Below, piece by piece: positions 1-9,460 of a stretch of DNA of 48,755 nucleotides. Positions within the stretch are counted from its first letter, which is position 1. Every line of letters begins with the position of its first letter. Below the pieces are notes generated by a model. It searched no databases and had not been told where the DNA came from. It worked only from the letters and a program-made list of their open reading frames with translations. A program made the position numbers and the translations under genes. Source of the stretch: Polyangiaceae bacterium (GTDB taxonomy: Bacteria > Myxococcota_A > Polyangia > Polyangiales > Polyangiaceae); the NCBI GenBank assembly GCA_035063585.1, contig JAPSGB010000034.1, forward strand, positions 1 through 48,755. Direction: 5' to 3'.

Positions 1-71
1 CGGAGGCTCGTTTAGCAGATCCGCCCGCCGGCGGAGCACGCATCGCGCGGCGGCGCCGAGCCCGCGTGCCC

Positions 72-1283
72 TCAGCGCTTCGGCCGGGCGAGCTTCCGCT
101 CGAGCCGGCCGCGCCGGCGCTCGAGCGCCGGCGCGGCCTCGCCGGTCCCCTTGCGGACCCAGTCGAGCGCGCGGAGCGGCTCCTTGACGTGGTGCTCGTA
201 GAGCTTGGCGAGCTCGAGCCGGGCCGCCGGGTCGTCGACCAGGGCCGCGAGCGCCTCGAAATCCGCGAGCGCCCGGCCGCGCTCGCCGCGCGCCTTCTCG
301 AGCTCGCCGCGCACGCGGAGCGCCTCCGGGCCCGCGCCGCGCTCCACCGCGGCCTCCGCCGCGGCGAGCGCGCGGCCCGGAGCGCCGGCGCGCCGGAGGG
401 TGCGCGCGAGGCCGACCAGATCGGCGGCCCCGAGGAGCTCCATCGGCTCGCCGTAGAGCCCGACCAGGGCGGCCATGCTCACCACGTCCCAGGCGTTGTG
501 CTCGACCACCGCGGCGAGCGCCTGCTCGTCGCCGGTGCGGAGGAAGTGCGCGAAGCGCGGCGCGACGTCGGCGCCCGCGATGTCGTCGCCGCGCTCGAAG
601 CCGAGCACCTCCCGCTCGAGATCGACCAGCCGGCACGCGCCGAGGCGGGCCTTGTGCAGCCGCCGCGCGACGTGCAAGAGGTCGAGGTGCGGCCGCTCGG
701 GGAGCGCCGGCAGCCGGTTCATGACCGCGCGCGCGCGAAGCAGCGGCAGGTCGAACGCCTTGCCGTTGTAGCTCACGACGAGCTCGCTCTGCTCGAGCCG
801 CTCGGCCACCCGCTCGATGAGCGCGGCCTCCTCCGCCGGGCTCCGGAGCAGCAGTTGCTCGAGCACCAGCCGCCCGTCGTCGGCGAACCACGCCATGCCG
901 ACCAGGAACGCGAGGGTGCCGGCGCTCCCGCCGAGCCCGGTGGTCTCGGTGTCGAGGTAGAGCGCGCGCGTCGCGTCGCGCGCCGCGAGCCCGGGCTCGA
1001 GCGCGAGCAGCGCGAGCATCTCGGGCCGCGCGGCGGCCGCCGCGTCCGAGGGCATGCGTCCGACGTGGTGCGAGGGCGCGAGTCGCAGGAGCCGCTCGTA
1101 GAGCGGGCCGCGCGGCGTCTCGCGCCGCGCGAAGGGCAGCAGAGTGGCGGCGGGGTCCGCCGCCGGGCGCGGCGCAGGGGGCGCCCGGCCGAGGAGCTCG
1201 GCCATCTTGTCGCGCAGCTCGTCGAGCTCCGCCGGCGCGCCGTCAGGCGACGGCAAGCGACCGAGCTTCGACCTAAAGTCCAC
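72..1283 (-). CDS. mrfB: YprB/MrfB-like DEDD (RNase_H_2) exonuclease with C-terminal TPR-like helices
   Basis: Motifs YLDTETTGL, VSYNGKAFD, HLDLLH, EHNAWDV; helical tail containing LAKLYEH; GTG start. Confidence 0.85.
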   Translation of the reverse strand: MDFRSKLGRLPSPDGAPAELDELRDKMAELLGRAPPAPRPAADPAATLLPFARRETPRGPLYERLLRLAPSHHVGRMPSDAAAAARPEMLALLALEPGLAARDATRALYLDTETTGLGGSAGTLAFLVGMAWFADDGRLVLEQLLLRSPAEEAALIERVAERLEQSELVVSYNGKAFDLPLLRARAVMNRLPALPERPHLDLLHVARRLHKARLGACRLVDLEREVLGFERGDDIAGADVAPRFAHFLRTGDEQALAAVVEHNAWDVVSMAALVGLYGEPMELLGAADLVGLARTLRRAGAPGRALAAAEAAVERGAGPEALRVRGELEKARGERGRALADFEALAALVDDPAARLELAKLYEHHVKEPLRALDWVRKGTGEAAPALERRRGRLERKLARPKR

Positions 1284-1306
1284 GCGTCTAATCTATCATC
1301 GCGTCC
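1284..1306. promoter_or_regulatory. Overlapping divergent -10-like hexamers for mrfB and coaE
   Basis: 23-bp AT-richer gap; TATCAT (+, 1294-1299) is 7 nt before the coaE GTG; TAGATT (-, 1290-1295) is 6 nt before the mrfB GTG; no SD. Confidence 0.55.
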
Positions 1307-1945
1307 GTGGCGCTCCACGTCTTCGGGCTCACCGGCGGCATCGGCTCGGGCAAGAGCCAGGTCTCCGCGCGCTTTCGCGCGCGCGGGCTCCCGGTCATCG
1401 ACGCCGACGCGCTCGCGCGCGAGGCGGTCGAGCCCGGAACGCCGGCGCTCTCCGCCATCGTCGAGGCCTTCGGCCCGGGCGTGCTCCAGCCGGACGGCGC
1501 GCTCGACCGCAAACGGCTCGCGGCCGTCGTGTTCGCCGACGACGCCGCTCGCCGCACCCTGAACGGCATCACCCACCCGCGGGTGCGCGACCTCATGCTC
1601 GAGCGCACCCGCGCGCTCGCCGAGCAGGGCGAGCCGCTCGCCTGCTACGAGGTGCCGCTGCTCGTCGAGTCGGGGATGGCGGAGCTCTTCCGCCCGCTCG
1701 TGGTCGTCGCGGCCGACGAGGCGACCCAGATCGCGCGCACCCGCGCCCGCGACGGCGCGACCGACGCCGAGGCGCGCGCCCGCGTCCGCGCCCAGCTCCC
1801 GCTCGACGAGAAGACGCGCCTGGCGGACTTGGTCATCGACAACTCGGGCACGCTCGACGAGCTCGCGCGCCGCGCCGACCACGCGCTCGACCAGATCTGC
1901 GCGAAGCTCGGCGTGGATCCGGCGCGTTATCCGCGGCCGGACTGA
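1307..1945 (+). CDS. coaE: Dephospho-CoA kinase
   Basis: [12 protein letters not shown]-loop, IDAD, LDRKRLA, ITHP, VPLLVE, IDNSG. Confidence 0.97.
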   Translation: MALHVFGLTGGIGSGKSQVSARFRARGLPVIDADALAREAVEPGTPALSAIVEAFGPGVLQPDGALDRKRLAAVVFADDAARRTLNGITHPRVRDLMLERTRALAEQGEPLACYEVPLLVESGMAELFRPLVVVAADEATQIARTRARDGATDAEARARVRAQLPLDEKTRLADLVIDNSGTLDELARRADHALDQICAKLGVDPARYPRPD

Positions 1946-2793
1946 GCCGCGCGCGCGCGCGCGGCGGCGAGCGTGTTGTCGAGCAACATGGCGATGGTCA
2001 TCGGCCCGACCCCGCCCGGCACCGGCGTGATGGCGCCAGCGATCGGCTCCGCGCTCGCGAAGTCGACGTCGCCGCAGAGCTTGCCGTGCTCGTCGCGGTT
2101 CATGCCGACGTCGATGACCGTCGCGCCCGGCCGGAGCCAGCCCCCCTCGATCATCTTGGCGCGCCCGACCGCGGCGACCAGCACGTCCGCCTCGCGGCAG
2201 AGGGCGGCGAGCTCGCGCGTGCGCGAGTGCGCGATGGTCACCGTCGCGTGGCGCGCGAGCAGGAGCGCGGCGACCGGCTTGCCGACGATGTTGCTCCGCC
2301 CGACCACGACCGCGCGCGCGCCGTCGAGCTCGGCGCCCGCCTCGTCGATGAGCCGGAGGCAGCCGCGCGGCGTGCAGGCGACCAGCCCCGGCGCGCCCGA
2401 CCAGAGCGCGCCGACGTTCACCGCGTGAAAGCCGTCCACGTCTTTCGCGGGATCGATGGCGCGGAGCACCTCCGACGAGCGCACGCCCGCGGGCACCGGG
2501 AGCTGCACGAGGATGCCGTCGACCGCGGCGTCGGCGTTCAGCGCGCCGACGAGCTCGAGGAGCGCGGCCTCGCTGACCGTCGCCGGTAGCCGGTGCACCT
2601 GCCCCGCCATGCCGACCTCCGCGGCGGCCTTCTCCTTGTTGCGGACGTACACCGCCGAGGCCGGATCGTCGCCCGCGAGCACCACGTGGAGCCCCGGCGC
2701 GCGCCCGTGCGCGGCGCGAAATGCCGCGACGCCGCGCGCGACCTCCGCCCGAACCTTCGCCGCGACCGCCTTGCCGTCGATGAGCCGTGCCAC
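1927..2793 (-). CDS. folD: Bifunctional methylenetetrahydrofolate dehydrogenase/cyclohydrolase
   Basis: IDGK N-terminus (GTG at 2793), [35 protein letters not shown]; overlaps the coaE 3' end convergently. Confidence 0.97.
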   Translation of the reverse strand: MARLIDGKAVAAKVRAEVARGVAAFRAAHGRAPGLHVVLAGDDPASAVYVRNKEKAAAEVGMAGQVHRLPATVSEAALLELVGALNADAAVDGILVQLPVPAGVRSSEVLRAIDPAKDVDGFHAVNVGALWSGAPGLVACTPRGCLRLIDEAGAELDGARAVVVGRSNIVGKPVAALLLARHATVTIAHSRTRELAALCREADVLVAAVGRAKMIEGGWLRPGATVIDVGMNRDEHGKLCGDVDFASAEPIAGAITPVPGGVGPMTIAMLLDNTLAAARARAAQSGRG

Positions 2794-2934
2794 GCGCCCG
2801 CGCTTACCAGAGCGCGCGCAGTCCGTCCAGACGACCGGCGCGGCTCGACGCGCGGGCGACCGCACGCGTCTCCGCGCCTGCGAGCGCGCGCTCACCGGCG
2901 CGGAGCGCCGTGAAGCCGGTTCACCTCCGCCGCG

Positions 2935-3762
2935 TCAGCGTAGCTGCACGGTCGCGAAGGTGACGGCGCCCGCGCGCGTCTCGAGGGTCGCGCGCTCGCG
3001 GCCGTCGATGCTCACCGGCAGGGTGCCCGCGGAGACGTTTGGAAAGATGACGAGCGCGACCTCGTCGGTCGCGTCGGTGGCGTCGGTCCAGGTCCCCTGC
3101 GCGCTGAAGATGGCGGCGTCGGTCGCGGCGGGCGACGAGACGACTCGCCCGCTCGCCGGTCTCCCTCCCGCGTCGACCAGCGCGAGCACGAGCTGCGCCG
3201 CGCTCGCGCTCCGCACGGGCGGCATGGTGACCGACGCGTAGATTTGATCGAGCACCTCGCCGGCGACGAGCAGGAGCGTCACCGCGCCCGGGCGCGTGGT
3301 GTCTATCGGCACGAGCGTCGGCAGGTACGGCGCGCCCGGCCCGCCCGCCTGGGGCTCGGCGAGCACCCAGAGCGCGGTCGACACCGCCGCGTCCGGGAAG
3401 CTGAACGCGCTGCCGTCGTAGAGCGCTTGGCCGGGCGCGCCGTCGGCGCGCGCGGCGCGGATGAGCGCGGTCCCGCCGTAGGCGACGGTGGTGACGAAAT
3501 CAGGCGCCTGGATGCCGCGCACGCTGCCGGAGAGCGTGACCGAGCCGTCGCTCGCGGGCGCGTCGTCCGGGCCGGCGTCGGTCGCGCCGCCGTCCGGCGT
3601 GCCGGTGGGCTGCCCCGGAGCGCCGCAGCCCTGCGTCCACGCGTCGCCCGTGCACGCGGCGACGAGCGGCGGGCGCTCCTCATCGGCCTGGCACGCGACC
3701 GCGAGGGCGAGCGCGCTCCCGGCGAGCGCGGCCCCGCGCCGGACCGACCCAAGCCCCCTCAC
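2935..3762 (-). CDS. Hypothetical lipoprotein with beta-rich C-terminal part
   Basis: Signal peptide with lipobox LAVAC; start overlaps lgt stop (GTGA). Confidence 0.7.
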   Translation of the reverse strand: MRGLGSVRRGAALAGSALALAVACQADEERPPLVAACTGDAWTQGCGAPGQPTGTPDGGATDAGPDDAPASDGSVTLSGSVRGIQAPDFVTTVAYGGTALIRAARADGAPGQALYDGSAFSFPDAAVSTALWVLAEPQAGGPGAPYLPTLVPIDTTRPGAVTLLLVAGEVLDQIYASVTMPPVRSASAAQLVLALVDAGGRPASGRVVSSPAATDAAIFSAQGTWTDATDATDEVALVIFPNVSAGTLPVSIDGRERATLETRAGAVTFATVQLR

Positions 3763-4724
3763 GCGGCTGGCTCCGGCGAGGGCGCGGCCGGCGGCGAGCC
3801 GCCCGTCACGCGAGCCACGAGGGCGCGGTGGAGCACCACCACCGCGGCCACCAGCGCGAGCCCGATGAGCTGCGAGGTGCTGAGCCCGAGCGCGCCGCCG
3901 CGCGCGTCATCGCGGAAGAACTCGAGCACGAATCGGAGGATGGCGTAGAGCGCGATGAAGGCGAGGAAGATCTGGCCGTCGTAGCGCTTTCGCCCGTGGA
4001 GATACCAGATCAGCAGCACCGCGATGAGCAGCGAGCCGAGCGACTCGAGCACCTGCGTCGGGTAGACGGGCAGCGACTCGAAGAGCGGCGAGCCGATGAG
4101 GTGCTGCTGGTACTGCATCTCGCTCGCGGGGCTGTGCGACGGGAACACCATGGCGAGCGGTCCGCCCTCCCAGACCTTGCCGAAGCAGCAGCCGGCGAGC
4201 AGACACCCCATGCGACCGAAGCCGAGCCCGATCGGGATGGTGAGCCCGGCCATGTCCGCCGCCTTCCAGAACGGGAAGCGATCGCGCTTCATGAGGTACC
4301 AGGCCGCGACCGTCGCGCCGATGAGCCCACCGTAATAGGTGAGCCCGCCGGCCCAGAACTTCGCCCACGCGAAGCAGTCCGTCTGGGTCGGGTGACAGAC
4401 GTTCTTGGCGGCGTCCCAGGCGCCGCCGTAGCTCGGGCTCAGGCACTCCGCCTGGGTGATGGACCAGTCGATCTTGTCGAGCGGCCCCGTGCAGAGGTGC
4501 ACGTAGTCCCAGAAATACCCGTCGGCGAGCACGTGCAGGATGCGCGCGCCGGCGACCCCCGCGAGCAGCATCGCGAGGCCGAGATCGACGACCACGTCGG
4601 GATCCTGCCCGATCCGCCTCGCCCACAGCGCGCCGACCGCGGTCGCGAAGATGAAGCCGGTGAGCAGGAGGACGAAGTAGCTCGGAAAACCGACGCCGAA
4701 GAGCGAGAAGAGCTGCCCGTGCAT
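3759..4724 (-). CDS. lgt: Prolipoprotein diacylglyceryl transferase
   Basis: GARILHV, GGLTYYGG, GRMGCLLAGCC, YPTQ, RFVLEFFR; multiple TM segments; adjacent to lspA. Confidence 0.93.
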   Translation of the reverse strand: MHGQLFSLFGVGFPSYFVLLLTGFIFATAVGALWARRIGQDPDVVVDLGLAMLLAGVAGARILHVLADGYFWDYVHLCTGPLDKIDWSITQAECLSPSYGGAWDAAKNVCHPTQTDCFAWAKFWAGGLTYYGGLIGATVAAWYLMKRDRFPFWKAADMAGLTIPIGLGFGRMGCLLAGCCFGKVWEGGPLAMVFPSHSPASEMQYQQHLIGSPLFESLPVYPTQVLESLGSLLIAVLLIWYLHGRKRYDGQIFLAFIALYAILRFVLEFFRDDARGGALGLSTSQLIGLALVAAVVVLHRALVARVTGGSPPAAPSPEPAA

Positions 4725-4731
4725 GGCGCTC

Positions 4732-5403
4732 CTAGGCGGCGCTCTTCGCCCGTCGTCGTGAGGTAAACATGTCGACCGCCATGAGCCCGACCCCGATGCA
4801 GATGCACACGTCCGCCACGTTGAAGGTCGGCCAGTGCTCGGTCACGCTCCAGCTCGGCACCGCCTTGGCGATGAAGCGGTTCATGCTCGCGACCCACGCG
4901 GCCTGGTAGTCGATGAAGTCGACCACGCTCGAGCGCACGATGCGATCGGACAGGTTGCCGAGCGCGCCGCCGAGCACGAGCGGCAGCCCCCAGCGCAGCG
5001 CGTGCTGCTCGGGCGCGAGCCGCCGATAGAGCGAGACGATGAAGGCGATGGCGAGCGCGCTCACCCCGAGGAAGAACGGGCGGCGGACCGACTCGCTCGC
5101 GCCTTGCAAGAGCCCCCACGCGCCGCCCTTGTTGTACGCGAGCGTGAGGCTCAGGTGATCTTTGACGAGCACGATCGACGGGTCGAGCAGGGTGCGCTTG
5201 CCGAGCGTGATCTCGGCCCACGCCTTCGACGCCACGTCGGCCACCAGCGAGACCGCCGCCAGCGCGCCGAAGAACACGTAGCTCGGGCGCGGGCCGGCGC
5301 TCACTTGCTCCGGCGCGGGCGGCTCGGGAGGCACGCTCTCGAGCGCCGGCTCGGGCGCGGCGCTCAGGGGACTCGGCAGCGCAGGATCGACGGGGTCGTT
5401 CAT
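4732..5403 (-). CDS. lspA: Signal peptidase II (lipoprotein signal peptidase)
   Basis: NKGGAWG, GGALGNLSDR, VVDFI, WPTFNVAD. Confidence 0.95.
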   Translation of the reverse strand: MNDPVDPALPSPLSAAPEPALESVPPEPPAPEQVSAGPRPSYVFFGALAAVSLVADVASKAWAEITLGKRTLLDPSIVLVKDHLSLTLAYNKGGAWGLLQGASESVRRPFFLGVSALAIAFIVSLYRRLAPEQHALRWGLPLVLGGALGNLSDRIVRSSVVDFIDYQAAWVASMNRFIAKAVPSWSVTEHWPTFNVADVCICIGVGLMAVDMFTSRRRAKSAA

Positions 5404-5618
5404 CGGCTCGATGCGCTTCGTCCTACGACATCGCGCCGTCGCGGGCCAGTAAGCCAGCGCCCCGAACGCTGATGATGCGTACAGCCGCGACTCGAGCCGG
5501 AGCGGCTTCCGCGCGCCTCGCCGCCGCGCGGGGCGGCCAGCCGGTCATGTTGCGCGCCGCGAGGAGGCTCGGCTGAAAGGTCGATCCGGCGCGGCCGGCG
5601 GCGCGCCGCCTCCCGAGC

Positions 5619-6758
5619 CTACATCCCCTGGGTGCCGTTGAAGGTCCCAATGTGCTTCAGGTTGATCTTGCAGACCGCCTCCGGGCACGTGGACACCTCG
5701 GGCTTGCCGGGTAACGCCGCGATCATGTTGAAGTAGTACGTCTTGCCGCGATGAAGGGTGCAGAAGCCGGGGACGTTCGTGCCCTCGGGCGCCACGGCCC
5801 ACGGCGCCCCATTGGTCCGGGTGTTCCACCACTCCGAATAGCAGATGCTGCGCGGGTCGTTCGGATCCGCCGGGGGCATGAAGTCGCCGCAATTCTCCGT
5901 GATGGAGACGGTGTAGCCCGCGGACGGGGTGGTCAGCGTGTCGTTGGAGCTCCACATCCCATAAGGCTTGTTGGTCGCCGGGTCGTAAAATGGGTAGCTA
6001 TCTCCCACCTTGAATTCGACGGACCAGTACTGGTTCTTGACGATGTAGAATTTGAGGTCGGTGCCGTAGGCGCCGGGCCAGGGGAAGGATTGCGTCGTGT
6101 CGTAGCGCGGTATGCCGAACACCTCGAGCCACTTCGTGACGTCGACATCCTCCGTCGCCTGGCCGTTCGGCAGTGAGATCGTCCCTATCAACGAGCGCGT
6201 GAGCCCCGCGGGCGCGACGCACTGCCCGGGCGGGACCTCGACGTCGACCTCCACGGCCTGCTGCGCCGTGGTCTCGGGAGTGCCGCCCTTCTTACAGGAG
6301 AGCTGGAACCTGTAGGTCCCGTGGACCACCGGAGTGAGGTTCACCGTGTGCGGAGCGGCACAGCCGGCCGCGCCTACGCAGGCGTCGCCGCTCGAGGGCC
6401 AGTCGGCGAGCGCGCCCGGCAAGCTCGAGCCGTCGAAGCGGCAGACGTCCGCGTTCGCTTGCCAGGTGAGCGTGAGCGGCTCATTCGGGCTCAGCCGGGT
6501 GGCGCTGGCCGAGAGCTGCACCGAGGCCACGCTCGGCTCGCCGCCACCGCCCCCGAAGCCGCCTGCGCCGCCGCCATCCGTCGTCTGCCCACCGGCGCCG
6601 CCCGGGCCCGTCGCGCTGCCGCCGGCGCCGCCCAGGCCCGTCGCGCTGCCGCCGGCGCCGCTGCCGCCGGTGCCGGCGTTCGTCGCGGGGCCGGCGGTGG
6701 CGGGCTCGCTCGCGCAGCCGAGGATGTAGAGCGCGAGGGCTGGGAGGGCGAATCGCAT
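5619..6758 (-). CDS. Hypothetical lipoprotein with Gly-rich linker and Cys-containing C-terminal domain
   Basis: ATG 6758 with upstream GGAG; MRFALPALALYILGC lipobox; long non-repetitive protein-like frame. Confidence 0.75.
   Translation of the reverse strand: MRFALPALALYILGCASEPATAGPATNAGTGGSGAGGSATGLGGAGGSATGPGGAGGQTTDGGGAGGFGGGGGEPSVASVQLSASATRLSPNEPLTLTWQANADVCRFDGSSLPGALADWPSSGDACVGAAGCAAPHTVNLTPVVHGTYRFQLSCKKGGTPETTAQQAVEVDVEVPPGQCVAPAGLTRSLIGTISLPNGQATEDVDVTKWLEVFGIPRYDTTQSFPWPGAYGTDLKFYIVKNQYWSVEFKVGDSYPFYDPATNKPYGMWSSNDTLTTPSAGYTVSITENCGDFMPPADPNDPRSICYSEWWNTRTNGAPWAVAPEGTNVPGFCTLHRGKTYYFNMIAALPGKPEVSTCPEAVCKINLKHIGTFNGTQGM
6601..6660. repeat. 30-bp tandem duplication (2 copies, 1 mismatch) encoding part of the Gly-rich linker
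   Basis: cccgggcccgtcgcgctgccgccggcgccg followed by cccaggcccgtcgcgctgccgccggcgccg. Confidence 0.85.
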
Positions 6759-6866
6759 GATGATGCTCCGAAGCAAGCAAGCCGCAGCCCGGTCGCGCCG
6801 AGGCGAGCCGTCCGTGCCGAGGGCATGATCAACCATCTCGCTCGATATACAAGCGCGCCGAGCCGC

Positions 6867-6895
6867 TTGCAGAACACCGCACGCCTGTTTAGTAT
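6867..6895 (+). promoter_or_regulatory. Sigma70-like promoter of mrfA
   Basis: TTGCAG (6867-6872), 17-nt spacer, TAGTAT (6890-6895), 9 nt before ATG 6905. Confidence 0.55.
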
Positions 6896-6904
6896 CCCCG
6901 CGCC

Positions 6905-9361
6905 ATGCCCAGCCTGCCTTGGACGGCGCCGCGCGGGGTCGACGCCGTCGTCACCGAGTGGCTCGAGTCGGGCGCGGTCCGCCGCTGCCTCGCGGCCGAA
7001 CGCGTGATCGGCGCGACCGAGGCGCGCTACGCGCCCATCCCGAGCGCGCTCGCTCCCGGGCTCCGGCGCGCGCTCGCGGGGCGCGGGATCACCGAGCTCT
7101 ACGCGCACCAGGCCGAGGCCGTCGAGGCGGCGCTCGCGCGCCGGCACGTCGTGGTGGCGACGCCGACCGCGAGCGGCAAGAGCCTCTGCTTCCACCTCCC
7201 CGTCCTCCAGGCGCTCGCCGAAGACGCCTCCGCGCGCGCGCTCTACCTCTACCCCACCAAGGCGCTCAGCCGCGATCAGGAGCACGACCTCCGCGCGCTC
7301 GTCGGCGAGGCCGAGCTCGGCATCCCGGCGGTGGTCTTCGACGGCGACACCCCCGGCGACGCGCGCCGCGCCGCGCGCGAGCGCGGCCGCGTGCTCATCA
7401 CGAACCCCGACATGCTCCACGCCGGGCTCCTGCCGAACCACCCGAAGTGGGCGGCGCTCTTCCAGGGCCTGCGCTACGTCGTGCTCGACGAGCTGCACAC
7501 CTACCGCGGTGTGTTCGGCTCGCACATGGCGCACGTCATCGCGCGCCTCCGGCGCGTCGCGCGCTTCCACGGCAGCGATCCGACCTTCATCATGGCGACC
7601 GCCACCATCGGCAACCCGCGCGAGCACGCGGCGCGGCTCATCGGCTCGCCGCCCGAGGGGCTCGCGCTCGTCGAGCGCTCGGGCGCACCGCGCTCGGCCC
7701 GCCGCTTCTTCCTCTATAACCCCCCGGTCGTGAACCAGGAGCTCGGCATCCGCGCGAGCACCCTGAAGCAGGCGGTGAGCCTCACCGCGAGCCTGGTCCG
7801 CGCGCGGGTGCCCACCCTGCTCTTCGGTCCCTCGCGAAACAGCGTCGAGACCATGCTGAAGTACCTCCGCGCCGAGGTGGGCGACGTCGCCGGGCCGGAC
7901 GCCATCATGGGCTACCGCGGCGGCTATCTCCCCGAGGCGCGCCGGCGCGTCGAGCAGGGCCTGCGCGACGGCGAGATCCTCTGCGTGGTCGCCACCAACG
8001 CGCTCGAGCTCGGTATCGACGTGGGCGAGCTCGACGCGGTCGTGTGCGCGGGCTACCCGGGCAGCGTCGCGGGTACCTGGCAGCGCTTCGGGCGCGCCGG
8101 CCGGCGCGGCGCCACGAGCATCGCGCTGCTCGTGTGCTCGAGCGATCCGCTCGATCAGTTCCTCGCGCGCGAGCCGCGCTGGCTGCTCGAGCGCGACGCC
8201 GAGGAGGCCCGCATCGATCCCGCGAACCTCGAGATCCTGATCCAGCACCTGAAGTGCGCGGCCTTCGAGGCGCCCTTCGAGCTCACCGCGCCGGGCGCGC
8301 GTCCGGCGCGCCCCGAGCTCGCGGAGGGCGAACACTACGGCGCGCTCGACGCCGCCGCCACCCGCGACGCGCTCGAGTACCTCGGCGGGCACGGGCTCAT
8401 CCATGAGTCCGGCGGGCGCTACCACTGGGCTGGTGAGGCGTTCCCCGCGAGCAGCGTGAGCCTACGCAGCGTCGGGTGGGACAACTTCGTCATCATCGAG
8501 CTCGAGTCGGCGCGCACCCTCGCCGAGCTCGACTGGCGCGCGGCGCACACCATGCTGCACGAGCAGGCCATCTATCAGCACGACGCCGAGCAGTATCAGG
8601 TCGAGCGGCTCGACTACGAAAACCACAAGGCCTTCGTGCGTAAGGTCGCGCCCGATTATTTCACGACCGCGCTCACCTACCGCACGGTCGAGGTGATCGA
8701 TCGAGCGAAGGGCGCGCCGTTCGGCCCCGCCGCCCTCGGCTTCGGGGACGTGAAGGTCGTCGAGAAGGTCACCGGCTACAAGAAGGTCAAGTTCTTCACC
8801 CACGAGAACGCCGGCTACGGCGACGTGCACCTGCCCGAGATGCAGATGCACACGACGAGCTTCTGGCTCACGCTGCCCGAGGCGCTGGTCGAGTCGCTCG
8901 GCGCGACGCGGGCCGCCGTCATCGAGGGGCTCCGCGGGCTCGGCGCCGCGCTCGAGACGGTGAGCGCCCTCGCGCTCATGATCGATCCGCGCGACCTCAA
9001 CCGCACCCTCGGCGACGGCGACGGCGACGCGGGCGGCGCGAGCCCGAGGCCGGCCGGGCGTGATCCGCTCGGAGGTCGCACGGGCGGCTTCGAGCCCACC
9101 GTGTTCCTCTTCGACGCGATGCCCGGCGGGGTAGGCCTCGCCGAGCGCATCTACGAGCGCGCGGGCGAGCTCATCGGGCGCGCGCGCGGGCTCATCGGCG
9201 GCTGCGCCTGCGCGAGCGGATGCCCGGCCTGCGTCGGCCCCGAAGCCGAGGGCGGCGCCGCCCGAAAGCAGCTCGCGCTCGCCGTCGCCGACGCGGTGCT
9301 CGGCGGCGAGCCGAGCCGGGTCGCGGCCGCGCCCGCGCTCGACTCCCGCGCGCTCGCCTGA
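6905..9361 (+). CDS. mrfA: SF2 DExH helicase with C-terminal DUF1998 Zn-binding domain (MrfA/YprA/Hrq1-like)
   Basis: TPTASGKS, YPTKAL, DELH, ATAT, TNALELGID, QRFGRAGRR; C-terminal DAMPGGVG and CACASGCPAC. Confidence 0.93.
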   Translation: MPSLPWTAPRGVDAVVTEWLESGAVRRCLAAERVIGATEARYAPIPSALAPGLRRALAGRGITELYAHQAEAVEAALARRHVVVATPTASGKSLCFHLPVLQALAEDASARALYLYPTKALSRDQEHDLRALVGEAELGIPAVVFDGDTPGDARRAARERGRVLITNPDMLHAGLLPNHPKWAALFQGLRYVVLDELHTYRGVFGSHMAHVIARLRRVARFHGSDPTFIMATATIGNPREHAARLIGSPPEGLALVERSGAPRSARRFFLYNPPVVNQELGIRASTLKQAVSLTASLVRARVPTLLFGPSRNSVETMLKYLRAEVGDVAGPDAIMGYRGGYLPEARRRVEQGLRDGEILCVVATNALELGIDVGELDAVVCAGYPGSVAGTWQRFGRAGRRGATSIALLVCSSDPLDQFLAREPRWLLERDAEEARIDPANLEILIQHLKCAAFEAPFELTAPGARPARPELAEGEHYGALDAAATRDALEYLGGHGLIHESGGRYHWAGEAFPASSVSLRSVGWDNFVIIELESARTLAELDWRAAHTMLHEQAIYQHDAEQYQVERLDYENHKAFVRKVAPDYFTTALTYRTVEVIDRAKGAPFGPAALGFGDVKVVEKVTGYKKVKFFTHENAGYGDVHLPEMQMHTTSFWLTLPEALVESLGATRAAVIEGLRGLGAALETVSALALMIDPRDLNRTLGDGDGDAGGASPRPAGRDPLGGRTGGFEPTVFLFDAMPGGVGLAERIYERAGELIGRARGLIGGCACASGCPACVGPEAEGGAARKQLALAVADAVLGGEPSRVAAAPALDSRALA

Positions 9362-9460
9362 GCTTCACCCGCAGGAGGGCTCGGCGTCGCGGCCGGCGGC
9401 GCGCCCCCGGCGTCGCGCCGCCTGGCCAGCGGTGGCCCCGTCGATTAGCCTTGCGGCTCA

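Noticed and set aside
5423..5548. 41-codon small ORF upstream of lspA
   Set aside because: No SD, no motif, composition expected by chance
6905..9361. DUF1998 helicase as part of a DISARM or Druantia defence system
   Set aside because: Single fused helicase of MrfA size, mrfB nearby, and no methylase, PLD nuclease or other partner genes
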